Notes: generated by a model from the sequence alone, not told the origin. Shown: positions 37,040 through 49,500, counted from the stretch's first letter. The stretch is 57,454 nt of DNA from Octopus bimaculoides (GCF_001194135.2 NC_068993.1:27396637-27454090), one strand, 5' to 3'. Numbers and translations are program-made.

Positions 37040-39440
37040 AAATAGGCAACAAGGATATCCAGAGGTAATGCAGTACGATCGTTTCATGCAACTCCATTTA
37101 ATTGAACAATGTAATCATGAGGTTTGGTAAGGGAAAACTTAAAACAAGATGTTGGCTGACAACTAAGGGGGGGGGGCGCCCACTAACAACCATTGATAAT
37201 GAAACAGGGGAAGTTTTATCATGTAGTACTATCGTTAAAAGTTTTAAAACAATGTTGCTATATTATATACAGGTAAAGTTTATGGCTATTCATAGGGTTA
37301 TCAATTTGGTCTCTCACCTAGTTAGGTCTCTCACCTAATTAGGGTTATTAATTTGGTCTCTCACCTAAATGATAAATCTTCCTGATAACACCAAATTTTA
37401 ACTTTACCCAATAATGATATATTTTTTTATTTAAATTTTTTCTATGAGTATTTGCTATTGAAGTTAGTAAGGTATGGATATTTTATTAGGGTTTTTAGTG
37501 AATAGGCTGTCTTTATTCTTTTTCTATGATGCTCGACCCTAACGAATCATTTTATTGTTATTATCATTGTTATTGTTATTATTATTTTATAGATGACTTA
37601 CATAAATCTAATCCTTGTTCCCCTATTATTTTATACCCAGCCTATATAAGGTAATACCGATATCTTGATAACTTAAAACTGTTCAATTTAATTAAATTAT
37701 ATATACAATTATCATGGTTTTTAACCTCGGTTGGTCTATCATTAAATATTATGTAAATCCAATTGATCAATCTTTATAGTAACCATATAATAAGTTAATA
37801 TTTAGATAGGTAATAAGTAAGTGAATATTAAACTATTTCATTTTCCTCCCTCCATTGTGGTAAAAAAAATATTTTGGTATATTTTGGTATATACTCTTAA
37901 TATTCATAGAAGTTTTTATTCTTTTGTTAAAATTTCATTCTTAATAATCTTCTTGATTACCCTGAATTTTAACTCTGTCCAATAAGACAATATTGTTTTG
38001 GAATGATCTTTTGAGATTACTTGATTTTTCTCTTTTTTAAATGGCTCTACCCTCTTTATCCTAGTATTTTATATAAGCCTTTATATAAATAACCCTTTTA
38101 AACAAGTACTACCAAGAAACTATAAATTTCATGTAAGGAGTAAAAATAATAACTTCTTTAACTCTTAAACCTATAAAATAATCCCTTAATTTATATATGG
38201 AAAGATTAGTGTAAAATTCTGAATGTTCCATAACTAAAATATTCTTTTAACTGATACCAGACATCAGTCTTTTATTGATATTAGCTATACAAGTTAAATT
38301 AAAAAGTTTTAGTCCAATATATTTTAAATCATTATACTTTCTCTATGAATCTTCTCTAATGGTGTTAATAAGCTAAATATACTTTACCATATCATTAGTA
38401 ATTAAGATATTTTATTTCTATGGTATTCTGCTCTAATTGATTATTTATTTCATTTCTTTATTAATTATCACTAGCCTTTATTTATTCATAAATAAATTAA
38501 GTAAATCTTTGTATCTCTATTAATTCATACTCAACGTATATAAAACTATACTGATATATTTACTGCATATATGAAAAAATACTCCTTAGAACATAATTTT
38601 ATTAATATATTAATATATAATTAGAATGTTTTTTTTACCTCAATACTCCTTTATTAATATCAGTATATACTTATTAATCAATATTCATAGATACCATATG
38701 ATGAGTTAGTTTTTAAGTGTACAATATATATAAGTATTAAACTATTTCTGAATAATTTTCTTTTCTTTTCCTCCCTCTATTGTGGTATAAGTTTGGTATA
38801 TGCTCAAAAGTATCCCTAAATGTCTATCCTTTTGTTAATATATCCTTATTAATAACCCTATGAATAGCCATAAACTTTATCTGTATACAGTATAGCAATA
38901 TTGTTTTAAAACTTGATAAGACTTCCCCTGTTTCATTACCAATGGTCTGCTAGTGGGCGACCCCACCTTAGTTGTCAGCCAACACCTTTTTTTAAGTTTT
39001 CCTTTACCAAACCCCATGAGTTTATGACTATACCAACCATGATTTATGTCTGCTCTCTCACTCCTACCCGTAACAGATAATGCCCTTTATTCTCTTAAGT
39101 TTTAGATATAGAAGGTTTGATATGATAGTCTATAAATCTAAACTAAAAAAAAATAAATAAAATCAGTGACAAGCAGAGTCTTCTTTGACATTTTATTTAT
39201 TAGCTTCCAAGGTGTGGCTAAAGCAAGATGTTCTCTGTCTGTCTCTTTAACTTCTTGGAGATTTTAGGTATAATTATACTAATGTGTCCAGCTGTTCTAA
39301 TTTAATTAAATTCTATGTCTTTGTGCAGCTGAGGATTGCTCAGCATTTTTAAATTGATGTAATGATTACATTGTTCAATTAAATGGAGTTGCATGAAACG
39401 ATCGTACTGCATTACCTCTGGATATTCTTATTGCTTATTT
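37040..39440. repeat. Unclassified AT-rich unit with long inverted repeat and diverged internal direct duplication
   Basis: 37040-37300 is the reverse complement of 38850-39019 plus 39362-39440. About 37750-38030 is a diverged direct copy of about 38650-38930. Confidence 0.75.
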
Positions 39441-39760
39441 TGATTTTAATCACCTTACTTTCAAATTGTACGGATAATACCGTACTAAATTCTGGTGCCT
39501 AAACTTAAGTACGATATTCACCTGAATCTATATATATATATATATATATATAAATAATAGAAATATGTTACAAAAAGAAAATAGAAACTACATGTGGAAA
39601 TGTAAGGGTAAAGTAAGAAGAAAAATAAGTGAAAATGTACATTGGAAATATAAAAAAAACGTAAAGGCTTTTTATGAAAAGTAATGATAGATATATACAA
39701 TTGGATGAACTGAGGTAGGAATAAAAGTAATAAAAGTCATTATTGTAAATTGTTAAAGAG

Positions 39761-39808
39761 ATTCAAAAGCATACCGGTTTCGTAAAATTACTAACCATCG
39801 CTTTGAAT
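39761..39808 (-). ncRNA. Hammerhead ribozyme variant (A3/U8 core), 3' pLTR copy
   Basis: ATTCAAAGCG-ATGGTTA-GTA-attt-TAC-GAAA-CCGGTA-TGCTTTTGAAT. 10-bp stem I with one bulge, 3-bp stem II, palindromic ACCGGT stem III, GUA site. Confidence 0.65.
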
Positions 39809-41526
39809 GCACACCGATTATTGAACGGTGTCAGGTCAACTAGTCCCTTAGTAAAAAGATTATGTGTAAGGGAGGTAAGTAGTTCTGGGTGGGTTTGGTG
39901 CAATTAGGGTAGATATAGATCTGTAATGTGAATGGTGTATGGGATGTATGGGGGTTAGTGGTATTAATTGAAAGGTTAGTAGTGTTCTGTATTATGTTAT
40001 GTGTTCATATTGAGTTGTGGAAGATGTTTATTGATGAAAGTTGCCTCTTTATTCATTCTTTGTTGTACTGAGGTGTTCTGTGAACATTGATAGAAGGGGA
40101 AAATTAGGAAATTAGGATTGAGATTCCTAGCACACCTTTCTATGTGTTCACTGACCTGTATCTGTCTGTATTGTGGGTGACGGATTTGTTCTTTGTGGAG
40201 AGTGGTTCTTCGACGGAGTGATATTCCAGTTTGGCCAATATAATTATTACCACACCCTAAGCATGTAATGGCATAGATTAGATTTTCCGAGGCACAAGTT
40301 AAATTTGATTTAATCTTAAATATTTCACCTTGTTTAAAGTGGAACTCTGAACCTTCCAAACAGTGGGGGCATGTACCACAGTTAGGTCGACCACATTTTT
40401 TCACTTTTGTTTCTGTTGTTAACGGATATAGTCTTGCGCTGGTTAATATTTTTTTCAATGATTTAGGTTGCATTTTGCTTTTGATAATTTTGTGTGAGCC
40501 TAAAATTTTGTTCATTGTTTTATCTCCTGTGAGGATGGGCAGATTTTGGATGATAATGTTGAAGGCTTCGTTATTTCTAGGGTTATGTGTGGAGATGTAT
40601 GGGAGTATTTTTAAGTCTGGTTTAGTATTTCGGTTAACTTCCCTTAATCTTCGTATATCTGTTTACTTAGCTCGTTTAATGCTATCATTTATTAATGACA
40701 TTGGGTAATGTCTTTTGATTAGTTCTGAGTTCAAGGAGTCTTCGTTCACGAGTATAGGTGTACGAAACTATGGTACACATTCTTTTCACTAGATTATAAG
40801 TTATATTAATGTTTATGTGTTTGGGGTGGCATGAGTTGAATAATAGGTATTGTTTAGAATCTGTGGGTTTATAGAAGATGTCTGTTTCGATGTGGTTATT
40901 GACTATTTTAATTAGGATGTCAAGAAAGGGAGTTGTATACTCCTGTGTTCCATGGTGAATTGTATGTTGCTATTAATATTGTTAAGCATTATTTTGAAAT
41001 CGAGGAGTTTGTCGCTGCTGTCTTTCCAAAGTATAAAGCAATCGTCCAAATACCTCTTCCAAGTTCTCCTTTAAATATCAATGAAATGAGGTGCCATATT
41101 TTTGTAGTGATGATTGATATATTTTAAGCTCTAGGAAACCCATTACAAGGTTCGCAATCACTGGAGCAGCTTGGGTTCCCATTGAAATTCCACATTTTTG
41201 TCGATAGTAAACTGTATCGAACATGAAATAGTTGTTCAGTAGGATGAATTTGAGTGCTGCGATTATGAATCTGTGGTTGATGCGTCCTGGGGTCTCTTCT
41301 GGGTATTTTTCTAACCAGAAGGTGATCGCTTGTATACTATAATCATGTGGGATACTAACCTTTCAATTAATACCACTGACCCCACCCCCATACATCCCAC
41401 ACACCATTCACATTACAGATCTATATCTACCCTAATTGCACCAAATCCAGAACTACTTACCTCCCTTACACATAATCTTTTTACTAAGGGACTAGTAGAC
41501 CTGACACCGTTCAGTAATCGGTGTGC

Positions 41527-41574
41527 ATTCAAAACAATGATTAATAATTTTACGAAACCGGTATGCTTTTGAAT
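41527..41574 (+). ncRNA. Hammerhead ribozyme variant (A3/U8 core), inverted pLTR copy
   Basis: ATTCAAAACA-ATGATTA-ATA-attt-TAC-GAAA-CCGGTA-TGCTTTTGAAT; predicted cleavage after A41563. Confidence 0.65.
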
Positions 41575-41613
41575 CTCTTTAACAATTCACAATAATGACT
41601 TCTNNNNNNNNNN

Positions 41614-41697
<84 letters not shown>

Positions 41698-41700
41698 TAT
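41614..41700. repeat. Compound (TA)(GA)n(TG)n microsatellite
   Basis: Direct reading. Confidence 0.95.
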
Positions 41701-42125
41701 ATGTATATGCCACCGAGTAAGATCACTTCCTAAACTCAGTAACTCCGTGTTCTATGAGTCCAAGAATTTCCTGTGTAGGAATGTAGTTGGAGTGGGTAAA
41801 GAGTTTTACAGCACTGAACAAACTTTTCAGCGTAATCAGCAATAAAACCAGTGGCACAACAGAGGTTGGGACGACCAAAAACTAACTTCACTTCAGGTTT
41901 TTTCTATGCGAATTTACCTGCTCCTGGAAGGTAGTTCTAAACGAGAACTAGGTGCCCTTCACTCCCAGTAGTTCACATGCTAGTTAACCCATAGCTGAGG
42001 TCCTAAAATGTCAGAGTAGATCTGAGAACAATAGTGACAAAGGGGTGGTTCTACACTCCTCAAAGCCTTTGAGCACCCATACCAGGGCCCCACTGCCGGA
42101 TGCACTTTGCAGTAATACATAAGTC

Positions 42126-42126
42126 A

Positions 42127-42182
<56 letters not shown>

Positions 42183-42183
42183 C
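42126..42183. repeat. (ATCT)n microsatellite
   Basis: Direct reading. Confidence 0.95.
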
Positions 42184-42400
42184 TTTGCGTTGTAGCCAAT
42201 CGATGTTCTTCCTCTTCGTAGTAGCCTACGTCTCACTTGCGAGTAAGCGCGCTGGTAGGACGGTGCTGCTGAAGAGCTTGGCACGTATGGTATTGTCTAT
42301 CTTTGTTTATAGCACATCTTTTATTGGGGCAAATACCTTCAATCTTGTCTTTATTCGTGTTGAAATTTCAGCATCCATATCTCGGTTCATATTCACTGTG
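42183..42400 (-). mobile_element. RTE-clade LINE, RT C-terminal fragment
   Basis: DAEISTRIKTRLKVFAPIKDVL*TKIDNTIRAKLFSSTVLPARLLASET*ATT..RLATTQR. Confidence 0.7.
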
Positions 42401-42749
42401 TGCCCTATACATACATAAATACATGCATATATGTACATACATATATGTACATACATATATATGTATATACACATGCATATTTGGGCACAGGACGCCACAG
42501 AACGTAAACAATTACGAAAACATGAAATACGAAATACAAAAACATGGAAGATAAACTTTTTTTGTGAACAACGAAAGAAAGAAATGGAAACCAAGACAAG
42601 CAACATAAAAAAACGACCCTTCATCAGTTGTCGGCTTGTTTTCTACTTCGTATTTCGAGCAATTCACAAGATACATTTTCGACAAACAATTAGGAAAAGA
42701 AAGATGGCCGATGGCCACGTGCGAACAAAGAGAGAGCAAAGGCGAAAGA

Positions 42750-42843
<94 letters not shown>

Positions 42844-43380
42844 CAGAGAACGGTGAAGGGGCGAGGAAAAGAATTAAAGAAAGGATGAGAGAGAAAACAC
42901 GAACGGAGGAGAAGGGGAGATAAAAAGAATTAGAGAAAGGAAGAGAGAGGAAACGAAAGAGGAGAGAGAAAGAGAAACAGGTAGAGAAAGGATAAGTGCC
43001 GCATCGAAATTATTAAGATAAAACTTACTTAGAAACGGATGCGTGGCGTTCAATTATATAATAATATAAATAATTTATAAATATATATGCATACATACAT
43101 ACATGCATACATACATACATATATGTTCATACATATATATGTATATATACATGCATATATGGGAACAGAACACCGCAGAATGTAAACGACATGAATTACG
43201 TAAACATGAAATACGATATACGAAAACATGGAATACCAACATTTTTTGCTAACAACGAAAGAAACAAATGGAAAACAAGACAAGCAAAAAAAAAAAAACG
43301 ACCCTTCATCAGTTGTCGGCTGGTTTTCTACTTCGTATTTCGAGCAATTCACGACAAGATACATTTTCGACAAAACAGTT
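42400..43380. repeat. Diverged direct repeat (about 42400-42700 and 43080-43380) separated by (GA)n at 42757-42838
   Basis: Shared block ACGACCCTTCATCAGTTGTCGGC..TTTTCTACTTCGTATTTCGAGCAATTCAC..GATACATTTTCGACAAA and a shared (CATA)-rich leader. Confidence 0.85.
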
Positions 43381-43901
43381 TCTCCCGCAAGGCAAATTAA
43401 ATAAAATTTGGGATTTCGCGGGGGGTCAAAGTTGGTAACAAAAGCAGGAAGGTGAAAACAAAGAGGAAGGGCTGCTGAGCCTCAACGAGTTGAGTTGGTG
43501 AACGCGGAGGAACAAGCTCTGGCAGGAGACAAACAAGAATGCGTCTTATCCCTGCTGCTGATCAGAAAGAAATATATTGTTTAAAGGATCGTAAGGCCAG
43601 AACAATGCNNNNNNNNNNNNNNNNNNNNNNNNNNNNNNNNNNNNNNNNNNNNNNNNNNNNNNNNNNNNNNNNNNNNNNNNNNNNNNNNNNNNNNNNNNNN
43701 NNNNNNNNNNNNNNNNNNNNNNNNNNNNNNNNNNNNNNNNNNNNNNNNNNNNNNNNNNNNNNNNNNNNNNNNNNNNNNNNNNNNNNNNNNNNNNNNNNNN
43801 NNNNNNNNNNNNNNNNNNNNNNNNNNNNNNNNNNNNNNNNNNNNNNNNNNNNNNNNNNNNNNNNNNNNNNNNNNNNNNNNNNNNNNNNNNNNNNNNNNNN
43901 N

Positions 43902-44278
43902 ACGTTGTTGTTGGCACTCCGTTGCTTACGACGTCAAGGGTTCTAGTTGATCCGATCAACGGACAGCCTGCTCGTGAAATTAACATGCAAGTGGCTGAGC
44001 ACTCCACAGACACGTGTACCCTTAACGTAGTTCTCGGGGATATTCAGCGTGACACAGTATGACAAGGCTGACCCTTTGAATTACAGGCACAATAGAAACA
44101 GGAAGTAAGAGTGAGAGAAAGTTGGGGTGAAAGAGTACAGCAGGGTTCGCCACCATCCCCTACCGGAGCCTCGTGGAGCTTTTGGTGTTTTCGCTCAATA
44201 AACACTCACAACGTCCGGTCTGGGAATCGAAACCGCGATCCTATTGCCGCGAGTCCGCTGCCCTAACCACTGGGCCAC
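43902..44278 (-). mobile_element. tRNA-derived SINE, third family (octopus-type)
   Basis: Minus strand GTGGCCCAGTGGTTAGGGCAGCGGACTCGCGG (A box), GGTTTCGATTCCC (B box), tail GGAGTGCCAACAACAAC. Confidence 0.85.
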
Positions 44279-44835
44279 ACATACATAAACTAACACTTAT
44301 ACTGTTTCCAGCAGTCATTATAGGTTTGTTATTGATAGGGTTACTCAATCGGCCCATTGATCGGGAGAAAAATTGAACGCCCTAGATAATTAATTCTACT
44401 TTAGTCAAAGTCATATCTTGTTATAACCAAGCAGAACACTTGAAAGAATGGTACAAGAATGAGGAGGGGAATGAAGAGAGGCAATAAGTACAAGTATAAG
44501 GTAAATAGAAGAGAAATAAAGAGGAAAGGGGAAAAGAAGTGATGATTTGGAAAAGAAGGACGAAAATAAAGAGAAGGAAAACACCAAAAACGGAGAAAAT
44601 GTTTTGAGAACTTTGTCATGGACAAAAGAAAGGAAATATTTACTTATTTACATTTTACCAAAATATACTACTAGCTTCAATTGTTTTTGAGACGATTTAG
44701 TTTTGCTGTAGAGGAAGAGAAATAGAAAATAAATTTAAATTAATCGTTCATGTTATCAGTTTTGGAAGTTAACATGCTTATCTTACAAAATTCACAGGGT
44801 GCTGATAGTTAGTTTCCTTTTGATGGTTAATAGGC

Positions 44836-44877
<42 letters not shown>

Positions 44878-45909
44878 CAGCAGCAGCAGCAGCAACAACA
44901 ACAGTTTAATTTTTATTGTTTCTTACCAGCACATGTATCTATATGTTCACTGACTCCTTTTTGTTTGTATTCCGTTATTTTATTTTGTGATCTAGGCACT
45001 CATGCGTTGTCTTAAGTGTATTCCCATTTGTCCTATGTGTTCCTCTCTATATTATGGACATGTAATTGCTTAGATTAGGTTTTTAGATTCACAGATGAAG
45101 TTAGTTTTTATTGTGGAGAATTATTCATGTTTAAAACAAATCTCCTACACTACAGGTGGATCTTCCACATTTTTTTACAGTTGATATTTTCAGCGACGTT
45201 TCGTTACGTAGATTCTTCGAGCTTAATGTTTGGCGTTCTTACGGCAAATATTATTTGGTACTAATATGCCTATAAGCACGACATATAACCATTTATTAAG
45301 AATATCCAATTATTTTAAAGTTAGGAAGTTTGCGCACAAACTCTTTCCAACTCATAATTCTGCAACGTCATTAGTTGAGTAACTATGGGTTTTGAAATAT
45401 AAAAATCATCGATTTTAAACTCGAATAGACTATTTAAAATTCATTGGGTAATATCGAATGTACATATGTGAAGTCCTAGAAAACTTATTAGCTGATGAAA
45501 TTTTATTACACTAAAAGCAATGAGCTATTAATTTATAGTAACCATAAAGTTTTGAAGACCTTTAAGTATTACAAAGCTAGAAATCAGTATAACGTATTAT
45601 GTTTTACCTAATACTCGATAAATCGAAAACTATAATGCTGTATATGTGATAAACCAACGCAATAATATAGAATATAATAGATTTTCGTTTGGTGTATTGT
45701 CTCCCAAAGATGTTATAAAACAATGATTTGTTTATATGATTGTATAAATAATTTTTATGGCTTTAAGCCCTTAATCTTAACTCAGTTTTAGTATACAGAG
45801 CCAGCTAAATATGTATTTCCGCTTGATGTGTGCGGGACTATTTATTCGGACGTATCTCTATGTGTATGTATGTATGTATGTATGTATTTATGCATGCATG
45901 CATGCATGT

Positions 45910-47155
45910 CATTCAGCCTTATTTCAAGGTTTCTTGCCAATAAAGAAAGAGCCGATTTCTAACCTTTGTCCAGGGCTCCTTCATTGGAATTTCAACATCA
46001 ACAAGGTATTTTTGTATGTATGTATGTTTACATGCAGTTTCGTGTTTTGTTTTATATATGTGTGTATGTATGTGTGTGTATGTGATTGTTCAGTTTTATT
46101 TCAAGATTTTTTGCCAGTAGAGAAAGAGCCGGTTTCTAATATAGATCCATGTATGTCTCTTCTATTTTTAATTATTATAAATATTCTACTGAGGAGGGAG
46201 CCGTTTCCAACAAAGATACAAGGTTCCATTTTGAGATGTAGTTAACACAGACGAATCCACATTTGGAACTTGAGAAAAGTCTTGTATATATTTACTGTTC
46301 CACTCACAGATTGCACTTGTAATGTACGAATTAGGTATCGATTTCTCTTCCTGAAAACCCCAGTTTATCCAGATTCTCCTTTAAGTATTTACTAACAAAA
46401 CCTAGTGCTCCAATTATTATTGGTATGAATATGAATTCATAGTCTGGATATAGAAGCTGGAGGGTTCGAAGCAGCTGTCCATAGATATCTTCTTCTTTTT
46501 TTTTTGGGGGGGGGATTTTCAAAGAGATATTTATATCTGCAGGGCAACTGACTTCTATGACGGTACATACCTTTGCCCCTCTGTCCCAAGCAATATTCCA
46601 CCAATATTCCTTGAGTTGGTGTTTATGAATGTATTCCATAACAGAGGGATTTTCTAAGTTCATTTCAGGACAGTCTTTTTGCGGATGACATTGTAAATTG
46701 TTTTAGTGATAACATCGTGCCGCATAGTGACAACATTTTAGGACAGCTGCTAATCACTTGCGTGATGGCTTCCGCAGAAACATGACATAGCCTAAATTTT
46801 CAGTTGCACCTTAGTATTACAAGAGCGTCACTGTCTCTCTTGTTCACCAGGTGGAAATCTTCAGTTGCTGGATTGCAAACGCATAGCCTTCAAAGTGTAA
46901 TATGATGTAGTGGTCTTGTGTCCAAGAGAGGCTGCGCTTTGTGTCAATTCTACAGTCTTTTTCAAGCTTCCAGGAAATATACCCATGCATAGCTTTTCTT
47001 TTTTGTATACACAGTGCTTTCCATCCAGGTCTTCTCTGGGGTAAGAGACAGCCCAGCTGTTTTGGGGCTGTATAGGAGATCGTCAGAAAGAAAGTGTTTC
47101 TTGAGGAATTCACTGCCAACTCGTACAATCTTGCTCACTTCGCTTTTCAGCGCCG
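45910..47155 (-). mobile_element. R4/Dong-like RLE LINE, 5'-truncated copy (46083-47155) plus an extra 3'-terminal segment (45910-46015)
   Basis: KKAMHGYI..FEGYAFAIQQ..FRLCHVSAEAITQVISSCPKM..RHDVI..EYWWNI..CTVIEVSCPAD..LQLLYPDYEFIFIPIIIGALG. Confidence 0.82.
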
Positions 47156-47394
47156 CATATATATATATATATANNNNNNNNNNNNNNNNNNNNNNNNNNN
47201 NNNNNNNNNNNNNNNNNNNNNNNNNNNNNNNNNNNNNNNNNNNNNNNNNNNNNNNNNNATATATATATATATATTTCTTTTTTTTTTTGCTGTTGTTGTT
47301 CAGCAGGTGCTACCTGAGTGATACCATACGGCATTCGAAGGTCGTCAGAACTGATCTCAGGCCTTTACAACCTTCGTATGTATGTGTGTGTGTG

Positions 47395-48350
47395 TGATTG
47401 TTCAGTTTTATTTCAAGATTTCTTGCCAATCGGTTTCTAATCTTCATTGAAATTTCAACATCATCAACAAGGTATTTTTGTTTGTATGTACGTATGTATG
47501 TATGTATGTATGTATGTATGTATGTATGTATGTATGTATGTATGTATGTGTGCAGATTTGTATGTATATGTGCAGATTTATATGTTTTGCTTTATGTATT
47601 CTCATGCATATAGTTGCATGTCTAGTCATGTTCATTTATACTTAAATGATAAACTTCTGGAAAATTTTACAGATTTTTACATTTCCACTGATGGATTGGA
47701 GCTGTAGTCTTCGAATCAGCTTTCTCCTTTTTGGTTTTGAGAAGCCTAATTTCTCAAGATTAGTATTTAGGAGTGTGTTACATATCCTAGGGCCCCAATA
47801 ATTACAGGTATAAACCTGAACTTGTAATCTGGATAGAGTAGCTGTAGATTCCTCAATAGTTCAGCATAAGTATTTCCTTTTTCGCTGATCTTTAGCTTAT
47901 ATTAATATCTGCTGAGCAGCTGATTTCCACAACTGAATAGTTTCTCTTCTCTATTCCAAATTACTATGTCACGTCTATTATGTTTACATTTTACTGAAGT
48001 TTTCACCGGGACATTCCACCAGTACTCCTTTTTTATTACGTGGCTATAGCCTCAACCATCCTGTGGGTTCTTATTCTTTTGGCCTCAGGGTTATCCCCCC
48101 GACGGATCTCATTATACAGTGTCCTAGCTACATCATCCCGGTGCTTTTTTCTAACATATCCATGCATGGTCTTCTGCTGATGTACGCTCATCCTTTCATA
48201 TCGTGATACACTGCGGTAGAGTCACGCGACTTCTTTGGACATGTATTTAAGGTTATCAGGATAGGAATGCTGCTCAAGGACCTGCTTTCCAAGTGTCATG
48301 ATGTTATCAGCCTCATGTATGCAAACCTGATCAAGAGATGCACTTTGACA
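47395..48350 (-). mobile_element. R4/Dong-like RLE LINE, second copy of a related family with internal deletion
   Basis: QKTMHGYV..DDVARTLYNEIR..EYWWNVPVKTSVKCKHNRRDIVIWNR..VEISCSAD..LQLLYPDYKFRFIPVIIGALG. Same 3' terminus (CTTGAAATAAAACTGAACAAT) as the 46083 copy. Confidence 0.82.
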
Positions 48351-48399
48351 CTTGGTAGTTAAAAGATATTCCCGATGGGTTATGATACAACATTTAAAT

Positions 48400-49500
48400 G
48401 CAGCGTGGATTGATATTATGCCTCTGCCCCTTGTTTTTGTTTTAGGTGGAAGTGGTTGTAGTGTTGGAGGTCTTTATAATTTCGTTGATGTAGGGTGTGT
48501 GGGTGTGTGGGTGTGTGATGCTTTGATGGCTTCAGTGTTTCCTCCTCTAATTTCTTTGATTTTAATCTTGTACCGCGCTTTTCATTTTGTAATTTTTTTC
48601 GTTTTTTCTTTCACCATGATCCATTCTGGCAGGTTTCTAAGATTGTTTTCCTCACTAGACGAGTTTTACAGTCGCAAAAATCTGTGGTAGTGGGGAACTG
48701 TATGTTTTCACAGTCACACATTTCTAAGCTGGTAGTCTGGTTGACTGGTGTGGGTGAGGCTTCTGTCGGTTGCGATGATGTAGGTGGTGTTATTGTCTTT
48801 CTCGGGTGTGGTACCGGAGCTGGCTGTTGCCGTTGTTGAATGGATCTCTTCTGTTGCTCTTTCTGTTGATGCCGTTGTTTTGGATGCTGCTTCTCTTGGT
48901 ACTACTACTGTTGGTATTGATACTGTTGTTGATACTGCACCTGTTGTTTTTGTTGCTGTAGTTGTTATATTTAAGCTGTCTGCAGCAGTGGGACGTTTCC
49001 TTTTCTCTGCATGGGGCAGAAAGCCTTTAAATGATTTGTTTCTCCACAAATGTGGCATCTCGGCTTTCTGCCTTCTACTGCTACAAATAACTCTGTTCCA
49101 CTTGAGAGGTTGATCAGATCAAGGATAGCTTCGATGCTGGAGGTCGGCGTGTGTCCACAATTTTATACTCCTTTCCCATTTTGTGAACTTGCACATTTTT
49201 TTCTCTACGGTTGCTATCAGTAAAGAGATGTCTACTTCTGGTGGCACACTCACTACCTTTATTTTGACAACCCGCCAACCGAGGCATGTCGGAATTGGCC
49301 GTAACTCCTCAATTCTGAGGGTTGTCATTGCATTTTGTTTGACTAATTCTTCAGTTGAGAATCTTTCCTAAGCTGTACCAAAACGTCTCGCTCAGGCGAC
49401 ATAAGTTTTTAAATCCCAGACTAGCTTCATGTATTTTTCGATCAGGCCCTGCGTCGTTAGCTCCAGTCTCCTCGACTTCATCAAAATACATTTATGTATA
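48400..49500 (-). mobile_element. Gag-like ORF1 relic of a Tx1/L1-like LINE
   Basis: VAVEGRKPRCHICGETNHLKAFCP (CX2CX4HX4C knuckle at about 49010-49060), upstream KIKVVSVPPEV, downstream Thr-rich tract. Confidence 0.6.

Larger units (their letters stand above)
39735..41603 (-). mobile_element. PLE family D (Neptune/Naiad-like), 5'-truncated, with 3' pLTR (39735-39985) and inverted 5' pLTR (41350-41603)
   Basis: RT: YYRQKCGISMGTQAAPVIANLVMG, WKRYLDDCFILW, LPFLDI, YKPTDSKQYLLFNSCHP. Open 172-aa EN ORF 39997-40515 with KCGRPNCGTC linker, NLIYAITCLGCGNNYIGQT, H and H of a CCHH finger. Confidence 0.92.
4605..47258. other. Assembly gaps (N): 4605-4883, 5642-6396, 21225-21234, 24985-24994, 25148-25247, 36850-37039, 41604-41613, 43609-43901, 47174-47258
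   Basis: Direct reading; ORFs spanning these runs are artefacts. Confidence 0.99.

Noticed and set aside
41010-41080. In-frame TGA just before the RT catalytic motif of PLE family D as selenocysteine
   Set aside because: It aligns with a likely Arg (CGA>TGA decay) rather than a Cys position, is followed by a frameshift, and the DDC cysteine is TGC. No SECIS was recognised.
42610-43320. CTGATGAAGGG in both direct-repeat copies (minus strand) as a hammerhead
   Set aside because: No stem II closure or downstream GAAA in either copy.
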